This document shows, piece by piece, positions 22,446-32,660 of a DNA stretch of 64,000 bases (positions within the stretch are counted from its first letter, which is position 1; each line of letters begins with the position of its first letter). Location: positions 4,588,001 to 4,652,000 of the forward strand of contig OZ251222.1 in assembly GCA_965240325.2 (NCBI GenBank), written 5' to 3'. The stretch comes from Rebecca billardiae RCC1528 (taxonomy: Eukaryota > Protista > Haptophyta). Made by a program: the position numbers and the translations under genes. The notes below the pieces were generated by a model that did not search any database, had not been told where the DNA came from, and worked only from the letters and a program-made list of their open reading frames with translations.

Positions 22446-23551
22446 CAAGGGTACTTAAGGGTGAGCAACTCCGCTGGCGACAGCCGCGAAGGTCGGCAGC
22501 CCTCTGTTTGCCGCGAGCGGAGCGGAGCGAGTGCTATCAGCGGCGGAGGGCGCTGAGGCCGCGCACGGCGTGAGGCGCGGCGTCGGCCGAGTCGGTCCGC
22601 GGAGGATGCGCGGCGCTCGGCCCGCTGCGCAGCGGTAGTGCGCCTCACTTTGCCCCGAGCGCCGTCCTCCGCGTCGCCTCCTTCCCGCCTTGGAGCAGCA
22701 CGCATGTGCGCGCCGCCACCTTGAAGGCGGCACGGGCTTGCTCAGACGACCGCGCGCGCGTGGCGCGCGACTTGGTCGGCTGCGCGCGCGCGCCGCCGCG
22801 GTGCAAGGTAGCGCCACCGCATGCGCGCGCCGTGCCAGCGCGAGAGCGTGTGCGCGGACCTGAGTGCGACCTCACACACATGTCGAATGCTGCTTGGCAT
22901 CCGACTTGCGGACTGACGGGAAGCTGGAAAAGACAGCGGCGTGAGTGTTGGTCCCATCGATGCGGAGCCTTAGCGTCCACTTGCATTCGTGCTGAGAAGG
23001 AATAGACAAGACTAGGCCTTCGTCCTGGGTATCCAATGTCACTCAACACCTCGCTGATCGACCCGACGAGTGCCAGCGTGAGGCACAGCAAATCATTCGT
23101 GAGAGCAAGCAGACAAGCGAGCACTACGCTCATGAGATGGCCGTGAGCAAAGGCTCGCGCGGGCACGGCGCGCGCATGCGGCGGCGCTACCTTGCACCGC
23201 GGCGGCGCGCGCGCGCAGCCGACCAAGTCGCGCGCCACGCGCGCGCGGTCGTCTGAGCAAGCCCGTGCCGCCTTCAAGGTGGCGGCGCGCACATGCGTGC
23301 TGCTCCAAGGCGGGAAGGAGGCGACGCGGAGGACGGCGCTCGGGGCAAAGTGAGGCGCACTGCCGCTGCGCAGCGGGCCGAGCGCCGCGCATCCTCCGCG
23401 GACCGACTCGGCCGACGCCGCGCCTCACGCCGTGCGCGGCCTCAGCGCCCTCCGCCGCTGATAGCACTCGCTCCGCTCCGCTCGCGGCAAACAGAGGGCT
23501 GCCGACCTTCGCGGCTGTCGCCAGCGGAGTTGCTCACCCTTACTACCCTTG
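22446..23551. mobile_element. Foldback element, 1106 bp, ~399-bp TIRs, CAAGGG...CCCTTG termini, 7-bp TSD GCTCGCG (P-superfamily-like ends)
   Basis: 22446-22844 is a near-perfect reverse complement of 23154-23551; GCTCGCG at 22439-22445 and 23552-23558. Confidence 0.92.
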
Positions 23552-23807
23552 GCTCGCGAACGTCGTCGACTACTCGACTCGTCGTCGTCCTTCCCGCCTT
23601 CCGCCTCCCTTTCGGTTTGGCCTTTCCGCTTACGACCGGCCTCGCGAGAGCGTCTCACGATGGCGGCGGTGCCGGGGCCGGCTTGGTGGTGGGCTATCTC
23701 CGCACGGGTACCATCTCACGCCGGGCGATCCGGCTGCTAGCAGTATGCTTTCGCCGGCGAGTGCCGCTGGCCCACCGGCCGCCACCGCGCGGCGCCCCCG
23801 CCTCGCG

Positions 23808-25544
23808 TCAGTAGTGCGAGTCGAGCGTGAAGAACTCGAGCACCGTCGTGTCGTGGTCAAACGCCTGCGAGAGCCAGAGCTCGTTGAGCTCGTCGTACCG
23901 CGCGCGGCTGAGGTGGAGCGGGCGGCCGCGCTCGAGGCCGATGTCCTGCTCGCCGTACACGTCGAGGTACGGCGAGCCCCAGAAGCTGCAGCGCGGCCCC
24001 GAGCGCACGAGCACGTCCGAGGTGTGCAGCAGCAGGAAGACGGCGCCGTTGGCGTGGCAGCGCGCCGCGTGCGTCGCGCACCCGCCGCCCGCCTTGGTGT
24101 GGCAGTACTTGGAGCCGGCGCAGACGAGCGCGCCGCACACGAGGCACAGCGCCATGTGCGACGCCGCCGAGCCGCACGTCACGCAGCGCGCGTGCAGGTG
24201 CGCGTGGAAGAGAGTCTCGAACAGCGGCGGCAGCGGCAGCAGCCGGCAGCGCACGAGCTCGGCGCCCGCGGCCGCGGGCTCGAGCGCGCGCGGCATCGCG
24301 GGCGGGTGCGCGAGCGGCGAGAGCACGCGCTCGAGCTCGTGCAGCAGCGCGCACACCGCCGGCGGCAGCGCCGCGCCCGGCGGCGTGAGCGCGAGCGCGG
24401 CCGTGCACTGCGCGGCGGTGCGCAGCTCGAGCGCGCGCGCCGGCGGCGGCTCGGCCGCCGCGCGCACGGCCGCCAGCAGCGCGGCGCGGCGCAAGAAGGC
24501 GAGCAGCGAGGCCGAGGCCCACACGTCCGCGCAGCCGGCGCCGCCCGTGCACAGCGCGTGCACGCGGCGGCGCAGCGCGTCCGGCCGCACCACCGCGCCG
24601 CCGCCGCCCGCGCCCGCCGCGCGCTGGTCGGCGGCCGCGGCCGCGTGCAGCAGCGCGAGCGTCGCGCACACGGTCGCGGCGCGGTGCGCGTGCGCCGCGG
24701 CCGCGCCGCCGGCGGGCTCGAGGCCAAAGGCGCCGCCGCTCGGCGGCGGGTCGAGCGGCACGGCGGGCGAGCAGAGCAGCTCGACGAGCAGCAGCAGCGG
24801 CGGCGTGTGCAGCAGCTGCGACGGCTCGCCCTCGCCGCGCAGCGCGCCGAGCACGCGGCCCGCGTGCGCGCCGCGCGCCGCGGCCGGCTGCGCGCACAGG
24901 TGCAGCAGCGCGCGCAGCCGCAGCCACTGGCGCGCCGAGGGCAGCAGCGGCGCGGGCTCGCCCTCCTCGCCGCCCGCGCCGCCCGCGCGCCCCGCCAGCT
25001 CCGCGCACGCCACGTTGAACGCCAGCGCCGTGCGCACCGCGCTCTGCAGCCGCGTGTCGTCCGGCCCCAGCGACATGTGCTCCAGGTCGGACTCGACGCA
25101 CGCGACGAAGGAGGCGAAGGCGCGGAGCTGCTCGTCGAGGGGCCGCGCGAGCGCGGGCGGCACGCCGGGCGGCGGCGCGCCCGCGCCGCCGCGCGCCGCC
25201 GCGTCCACCGCGTCGCCGAGCCACGCGGACAGCGAGGGCGGCGGCGCGGCGGCGGGCGGCGTCGGCGTCGGCGTCGGCGCGCCCGTCGCGCGCGGCACGA
25301 GCGGCAGCAGCGTGTTGGCGAGCCGGCGGCAGACGGGGCAGAGGAACTCGCCGCGCTCCATGTCGACCAGCTGCTCGCCCTCGAACTCCTCCTGCGCCGC
25401 CTGCTTGCGCAGCAGCATCGAGATGTAGCCCTGCCAGCAGGGCACGTGCATCACGTGTCCGCACGCGAGCACGTGCGGTCCGACGCTGGGCGGCAGGTCG
25501 CGCCCCTCCCACGGGCTGGCGCGGGTGCGCGCGCGGATGCCGAG

Positions 25545-25580
<36 letters not shown>

Positions 25581-25658
25581 CGCGTCGGCGCCTTCCCACC
25601 AGCCGCCCAAAAAGTCCTCCAGCCGGAAGCGCCCCTCGTCGTCCTCCTCGTCCTCCTC

Positions 25659-25735
<77 letters not shown>

Positions 25736-25758
25736 TGCCGCTGCCATCGTCGTCGTCG

Positions 25759-25802
<44 letters not shown>

Positions 25803-28800
25803 CTCCTCCCCCTCCTCGTCGCTCTCGCCATCACCCATCGCCGCGTCGTCGGCGCCCGGAGCGTGGGCAGTGCGCGCGCGCTGGTTCCTCACCCCGCCGT
25901 TGGGTGCGCCGGCGGGGGCGCCCGGCGTGCCAGCCGCGCCTCCGCCCTCCTCCTCCTCCCCGCCCTCCTCCTCCTCGTCGTCGTCGTCCTCCTCGTCGTC
26001 GTCATCCTCGTGCATGGCGTCAAAGTCGATGCCGAGCTGGTCGAGCGGGAAGCCGAGCTGCGCGGCGATGCCGTCGGTGTCACCGTGCATCAGCATCAGC
26101 ATGCGCTCCTGCACGCACGCACGCGCACGCGCACACGCACAGACAGAGAGCCGCACAAGGCAGAGCGCGCGCGCAGAGGCGGAGGGGACGGGGCAGGCCG
26201 GGCGGGCGCAGGGGGACGGGCGAGGGCTGAGCACGGCGGCGCGCGCCGTGGGCGCGGCCCCGGCGCCTGCCCCTCCCGCCGCGCGCGCGGCCGCTCCCTC
26301 CCGCGCATCAGCCAAGTTGCGAGTTTCGTAATCAGCTCGAGGGCACACGGGCCGTCTCATGCGAAAGAAGACCAAAGCAGGTTGACATCACGTGCGCGGA
26401 GTGGGCGCAGCCGCGCGGCGCGCGTGCGGAGGCGCGGGGGCGGGCGCGAGGCGCGGGCGGCTGGGCGGCTCGCACCTCGAGCTCGTTGTTGTGCGACGTG
26501 GCGTACCGCGGCACGCCCGGCTCATTGTCCGACTCCTCCTCCTCCTCCTCCTCGCCGCCGCCGCCGCCGCCGCCACCGGCGCGCGCACCCGCGCGCAGCC
26601 CGTCCGCCCCCGCCTCCTCGTCGTCGTCCTCGTCGTCCTCGTCGTCCGAGCTGCACACGTCGGCACTCGAGGAGGAGGAGGCGGAGGAGGAGGCGGAGGA
26701 GGACGAGCCCTCGTCGTCCGACTCGTCCTCCTCCTCGTCATCGTCATCGATCAGCATCGGCTCTGCGAGCGGGTCGTAGTCGTCGTCGTCGTCCTCCTCC
26801 TCCTCCTCGTCCTCGAACGAGCCCGCGCGCCGCTGCAGCGGGGTCGGCACCCCTCGCACCTCGTGAGGCCGGCGCGCGCGGCCCGGGCCACCGCTCGGGC
26901 CAGCGGCGGCGGCGGCGGCGCCGTCCGCGTCGCGCGCGGCGGCGGCCGAGCCGCCGCCGTCGGCGGCCGCGCGGCGCTGCGTGGGCGTGCTCACGCCACC
27001 AGCGCCGCTCGCGCCGCCGGCGTCGGCGTCGGCGTCGGCGGGCGCGTCGGCGGCGGGCGCGCGCGGCCGCTTGGCCGCGCGCGCGGCGCGCGCCGCGGCG
27101 CCGTCGGCCTCGGCCGGCGCGGCGCTGTCCGCCGCGGGCGCGAGCGCCGCGGCGCGGCGCTTTGAGCGGCGCACCGCGTGGCCGTCCGCGCCCGCCTCCT
27201 CAGCCTCCGCCAGCGCCGCGGGCGCCTCCGCCCCCTCGGCCCCCGCGCCCGCGCGCCCGCCCGCGCCGCCGTGCGCGCAGCCCGCGCCCAGCAGCGCGCT
27301 CCGGCTCACCAGGCACACCAGCCCGAGCAGCGCGGCCGGGTCGTCGTCGTGGCAGAGCACACACAGCGCCTTGTCCGCGGGGAGTGCGTGCGCGTACAGC
27401 TGCGCGCACGAGCCGAGGCCGGGCGCGCTCGGCGCGGGCGGCGGCCGGCTGAGCGCGTCGAGCAGCGGCGCCGCGCCGCGCGGCTGCCTGCCGCTCAGAG
27501 CGCCGCCGCCGCCGCCGCCGCCGCTGCCGTCGCCGTCGCCGCCGGCGGGCGCGGCGGCGGCCGAGCGCGCGGCGCGCGGCGGGCGCGACGCCTCGGCGGC
27601 CGCGTCGGCGGCGGCCTCGACGCTCGCCGACGCGTCGGCGTTCGACTTCTCCTCGAAGGCCGCCTGCTGCAGCTGGAAGGTCTTCATCATCTCCTCCTTG
27701 CGCCGCCGCGCCGCCGCGCGCCTCGCGTCCGCCTCGGTCGCGCGCGGCGGCGTGGGCCCGCCCTGGCGCAGCTGCTGCTCCCGCAGCTGCCGCAGCGCGT
27801 CGCGGCACGTGGCCGAGCTGGCGGAGAGGCGCTGGAGAAGCGCGTGCGCGCTCGGCGCGACCGTCGCCATCGGCGAGTTGCCCGCGCAGCGCGCGAGGCG
27901 CACGAGCGCGCGCAGCGGCGGCTGGACACCCACCGCCGCCGCGCGCTCGGCCGGCTCGGCCGCGCCGCCCGCGCCCGCGCCGCCGCCGCCGCCGCCGCCG
28001 TCGGCGGCCGAGGCCGCCGCGTCCGCGCCGCCCGCGCCGCCCGCGCCGGCGTCGGCGTCGGCGCTCGAGCCGCCGCTCTCGGGGTGCGCGCCCGTGCCGT
28101 GGCACAGCGCGCGCAGCAGCCGCTCCGCGTCGTCGGCGAGCGGCGGCGGCGTGCGCGGCGACGGGCTCGGCGCGCGCGGCGACGCGCCGGCCGCGCACGC
28201 CGCGGCGGCGCCGGTCGGCGTGCCGGCCGCGTCGGCCGCGCCGCCGCCGGCCTCGGCGGGCGGCGGGCCGAGCGCGGCCTCCACGGCGAGCGCGGCGATG
28301 TCGAGCGCTCGGAGCGCGGCGCCGGGCGAGATGCGCGCGGCCGCCGTGGACGCGGCCGGCCCGGCGGACGTCGACGCCGCCGCCGCCGCCGCGGCCAGCG
28401 CGATCACGCGCGCCACGGCGCGCAGCAGCGGCGGCGCGGTGAGCACGCGCAGCGTGGCCGCGTGTGGCAGCGCGCGCGCCGCGCTGAGCGTGGGCAGCCG
28501 GAGGCGCGCGGGGAGCTTCGCCGCCTTGAAGAGCTTCTCCGCCTGATCCGCCGCCTCGGTCGCCTCCTCGGGCGAGTAGAACGGGTAGCTCGCGTCGAAC
28601 TCCGCCCAGCACTCGGGGCGGAGGCTGAACTTGCTGCCGCCGCGCCCGCCGCGCGCGGCGGCGGCGGCGGCGGCGGCGGCTGCGCCGGCCGCGGCGCCGC
28701 CAGCGCCGCCGGCCGCGGCCGCGGCCGCGCTCGCGCTCGCGCCGCCGCGCGCGCCGGCGGGTGCGGGCGCGCGCTCGCGCTCGCTCACCTCGGCGAGCAC

Positions 28801-31489
28801 CTCGTCGATGCACGGGTGCTCCGCCAGCACCGACGGCAGCGCCGCCGCCAGCGCCGAGTGCGCCGCGGGCCCGAGCGCCAGCCTGTGCACGAGCGCGCAC
28901 CGCACGGAGCGGCGCGCGACCCGCTCGTCCGCCGCCGGGTGCGTCCAGTCCTTGGGCAGCTGCAGGCAGAGCTTGAGCCACTCCTCGACGAGGACGGCGG
29001 TGTGCTCGGCCTCCTGCGACCCCAGCAGCGCGCGCACGCCCTCGCCCTCCGCACCCTCGAGCAAGAACGCCGCCACGCCGAAGCGGCGCGCGGCGAGCTG
29101 CACGACCGCCGCCGCGCCCGCCGCCCTGATCGCCGTCTGCGTGAGCGACATGTCGAGGCAGAGGCTGGCCTCTCGGAAGAGCGGGCAGCGGTAGAACTGG
29201 TCGGCGGCCCACGCGCCGCGGCTCGAGCGGTTCCACCAGCCCGCGCCGATCTGCGCGTGCGCCGCCTGCAGCCGCAGCGGGTGCTCGACGGCGGCGAGCA
29301 GCGCGCGCGCGGCCGCGCCCGGCGGCGCGCCCGGCGGCGCGCCCGCGTCCGCCGGCGCGGCGGGTGCGTGTGCGGGCGCGATGCGCTCGTCGTCGGCGCG
29401 CACGAGGCGCGCGCTCAGCCCATCGTCCAGCAGCACCGCGCCCTCCGCGCACCCGTCCGCGCCGCACCCCGCCTCCGCCGCCTCCGCCGCCTCCGCCGCC
29501 TCGCGCAGTGCGCCCAGCGCGTCCACGCCCAGCTCGGTCGCCGTCGTGAGCGCGAGCGCGAGCGCGCGGTGCAGCGGCAGCGAGTAGGACACGTGCAGCC
29601 AGCCGTGCTCGGAGGAGCGCCACGCGGGCGCGAGCGGGGGCGGCGAGCCGCGCGCGAGCTCGGGCGCCGAGGGCTCCTCGGCGGCGCGCGCGCGCGCGAC
29701 GCGCGCGGACGCGCGCAGCCAGCCGCGCAGCGCGCGCCAGCACTCGAGCAGCAGCGCGCGCGCGTCCTCGCGGCCCGGCGCGCCGTCGGCCGAGGGCGCG
29801 CCGCCGCCGCCGCCCGCGCCGCCGCGCGCCGCGAGCAGCGCCTTGCAGATGTTGAGCATCAGCGCCGTCGCGTCCGCCTCCAGCAGAGTCGTCTTCACCC
29901 ACGCGGCGCGCTCCGAGCCCGCGTGCGGCCGTCCGGGCGGCACGCGCTCGTGCGAGTGCATGTGCTGCAGCCAGCCGACGCAGCGGAGCCAGCGCGCGAG
30001 CAGCGCGCGCCGCCCGCCGGGCGCGCCGCCGCCCTCGCCGTCCGCGCCCGCGCCGTCCGCCTCGGCGCACCCGCCGTCGCCCGCCGCGCTCACAAACGCG
30101 CGCGCGCACGGCGCGTGCGCGAGCGCGTACTTGAGGTCGAGCAGGAGCGGCGCGCAGCGGTGCGTGCGCACGAGGCGGTGCGTCGCGCTGACCGCGCGCG
30201 GCAGCCCGAGCCTCGAGAGCGAGCCCGCGGCCGCGCGGAAGCGGAGCGCGCCGTCGTCCGATCCCGCGCCCACCGCCGCGCCGGTCGCCGACGCCGGCGG
30301 CAGCAGCGCCGCGCGCAGCCCGAGCTCGAGGCACGCGACCATCTGCGTGAGGCCGTGCGCGGCGACGACGCACGGCACGACGTTCGCGTTGGTGAGCAGC
30401 TGGATCGAGAACTTCTCGAGGAAGTCCGAGTGGCGCAGCGGGCGCGCGCGCGCCGCCAGCTGCTGCTGCTGCTGCTGCCGCGCGCCGGCCGCGCCGGCCG
30501 CGGGCGGCGGCGGGTGCGGCGGGTGCGGCGGCGGCTGCAGCGGCTGCAGGCCGGTCAGCAGCGGGTACGCGCGCAGGATCGAGACGGTGAGCGACTCCTT
30601 GAGCTCGGGCACGACCATCAGCCTGCGCGGCGGGCGGCGGCGGGCGCGGGCCGGCGCGCGCCGCGCGGTGGTGCGGTGAGCGGCGCGGTGCGCGCGCGGC
30701 GCGGTGCGCGCGCGCGCGCCGCGCGTGGCCGGCGCGCGTGGGCGGCGCGCGCACATGAAGCACATCTCGTCGAGCTCGGCGAGCGGCTGCAGCTCGCGCG
30801 CGCGCGCGCAGCCGGCGTGCAGCTCGATGAGCGAGCGAAGCATCCCCGCCGTCCCCGCCTGCGCGCCGCCGCCCGCCGCGCCGCCCGGCCCGCCGGCCGC
30901 GCCGCCGCCGTCGGCGCCGAGGCGCGAGCCGTCCACCTCGCACAGCACGCGCGCGACGAGCTCCTTGACGGCGTGGCCGTACTCGCCGACCGAGCACAGC
31001 CAGCGCAGCAGCACGCGCACGCGCTCGACGGCGCACAGCGCCGCGCACGGCGCGTCGAGCGCCGGCAGCGCCCGGCGCGGCGGCGGCACTCCCACGTCCA
31101 CGCTCACGCCGCCGTCCGCCGCGGCGGGCGCAAACGCGCCAGCGCCGTCGGCGCGCGCGTGCGCGTACGCGGCGAGCAGCCGGCGCATCTTGCGGTGCCG
31201 CGGCGGCCGATCGGTGACCACCACGTCGAGCGGCCGGCCGAAGATGTGGTCCCGCGCGAACGGGTCCGCCCCGCGCTCGAGCAGCAGCTTGGCGACCGGC
31301 AGGTGTCCCTCGAACACGCAGCACAGCAGCGCGGTCTGACCAAACGCGTTGGTCGCGTCCACGGCGGCGCCCGCGTCGAGCAGCGCGGCGACGATGCGCA
31401 CGTCGCCGCCGATCGCCGCCCAGTGCAGCGCCGTCGTGCGGAACTCGGAAGCGTCGCGCGCGTTCACGTCCACGCCGCCGCCGCCGACC

Positions 31490-31529
<40 letters not shown>

Positions 31530-32247
31530 CCGCGTCGGCCGCAGACCCGCCGCCGCCGCCCGCCGCGAGCATGGAGCGCACGTGGGCGAGGCGGCCGCGG
31601 CGCACGGCGCGGTGGAGGATCCGGCCAGGCGGCGCGCGCGGCTCCGCGCTCGGCGCGTCCGCCGGCTCGCCCGCGACGCGCCGCGCCGCGCGCGTCGCGC
31701 GCACGGCGGCGTGCGCGCCGCCCAGCTCGCGCGCGAGCCGTGTGAGCACCGCGCCGACGACGTCGCGCGCGGCGCGCTCGACGTCGGGCGGGATGGGCTG
31801 CGCGTCGGACTCGTCGACGCGGTGCTTCGCGCAGAAGCCCGACGCCTTCCACGCGTGCGGGTTGCCGCAGTCGCAGCAGCCGCCGTCCGTGCGGATCAGC
31901 CGGTAGTTGTGGCCGCGGTGGTTGCCCGCCTTGAAGCAGTCGACGCACACGGCGCACGTCGAGTCCTGCTCGCAGTCGAGGCAGCGGTACGCGAAGGAGC
32001 CGGGCTTCCACACCACGCTGCACACGCGCTCGTGCTGCGGCAGCGGGTTCTTCTCGAAGTAGCTCTTCGGCTCCTCCGCGCAGACCAGCCAGCCGCACAC
32101 GTGCAGCGCCTCCATCAGCGCGAGGTCGGCGTGCAGCAGCAGCCACTCCGCCACGGCGCGCGTGCCGTGCTCGCGCGCGGCGGCGACCACCGCCGCCGGG
32201 CCGCGCGCGAACGCCTCGTCCAGCGTCGCCGACAGCTCCGCCGCCAT
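23808..32247 (-). CDS. UBR-box/N-recognin E3 ubiquitin ligase (UBR1/PRT6-like) with ankyrin repeats; predicted exons 32247-30755, 30622-26476, 26108-23808 (~2646 aa)
   Basis: UBR box CSVVW...YRCLDC...CAVCVDCF...HRGHNY...GGCCDCG..AWK.SGFC..H; split RING CVLC...ACGHVMH..C...CPVCRR; C-terminal CLVCG...HAARC...SPYLDVYGEQDIGLERGRPLHL; GT-AG introns of 132 and 367 bp keep the frame. Confidence 0.88.
25547..25800 (-). repeat. (GAC)n coding trinucleotide tracts giving poly-Asp inside the RING insertion
   Basis: Long (TCG)n runs on the + strand. Confidence 0.95.
26301..26399 (-). ncRNA. Candidate intronic C/D-box snoRNA
   Basis: Minus strand: 7-bp terminal stem CCGCGCA/TGCGCGG, C box GTGATGT, D' ATGA, C' CTGATTA, D box CTGA; guide GGTCTTCTTTC is complementary to conserved LSU rRNA GAAAGAAGACC; lower-GC island in a 367-bp intron. 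Confidence 0.7.
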
Positions 32248-32660
32248 CTGCGGGTCCGGCGCGGTGCGCTCGTCTTGTGTCGGGGCGCGTCGACACGCGG
32301 CTGAACTCCCGCCATCGTGAAATCCGGGCGCGAATACTTTAGCCTCGGCGAATTTCTGAGTTTCCCGCAGGCGCTGCGCAATTATCTAATTCGCCGACGG
32401 CCGCGCACTGGCGAGGCGAATATATGATTAGTCGTAGGCGATTCTAGAAAGTGTCTAGCCGAGTGAGTAACATCTTGCACGCCAACCACTCCAATCGCGG
32501 AAAAGAGGCAAGTGCGCATTTCCTCCCTGGTCAAGGCGGGCCAATCAGCTGGCTCGGAGTGTGGACCCTTTCGAGACTTTCAGGTCGAGTTAGTTTGGCT
32601 CCACCGAAGCCGGCCGAGAGGGCGCGAAATCTCACACGGCATCGCGTGTGGTCCCCGGCC

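Noticed and set aside
1240-32247. Functional cluster of ubiquitin-system genes (RING-CH, PUB-PFU, UBR)
   Set aside because: Dispersed among unrelated genes; such genes are common enough for chance co-occurrence
23265-32304. Long plus-strand and alternate-frame ORFs over the UBR gene
   Set aside because: Stop-poor shadows caused by extreme GC content
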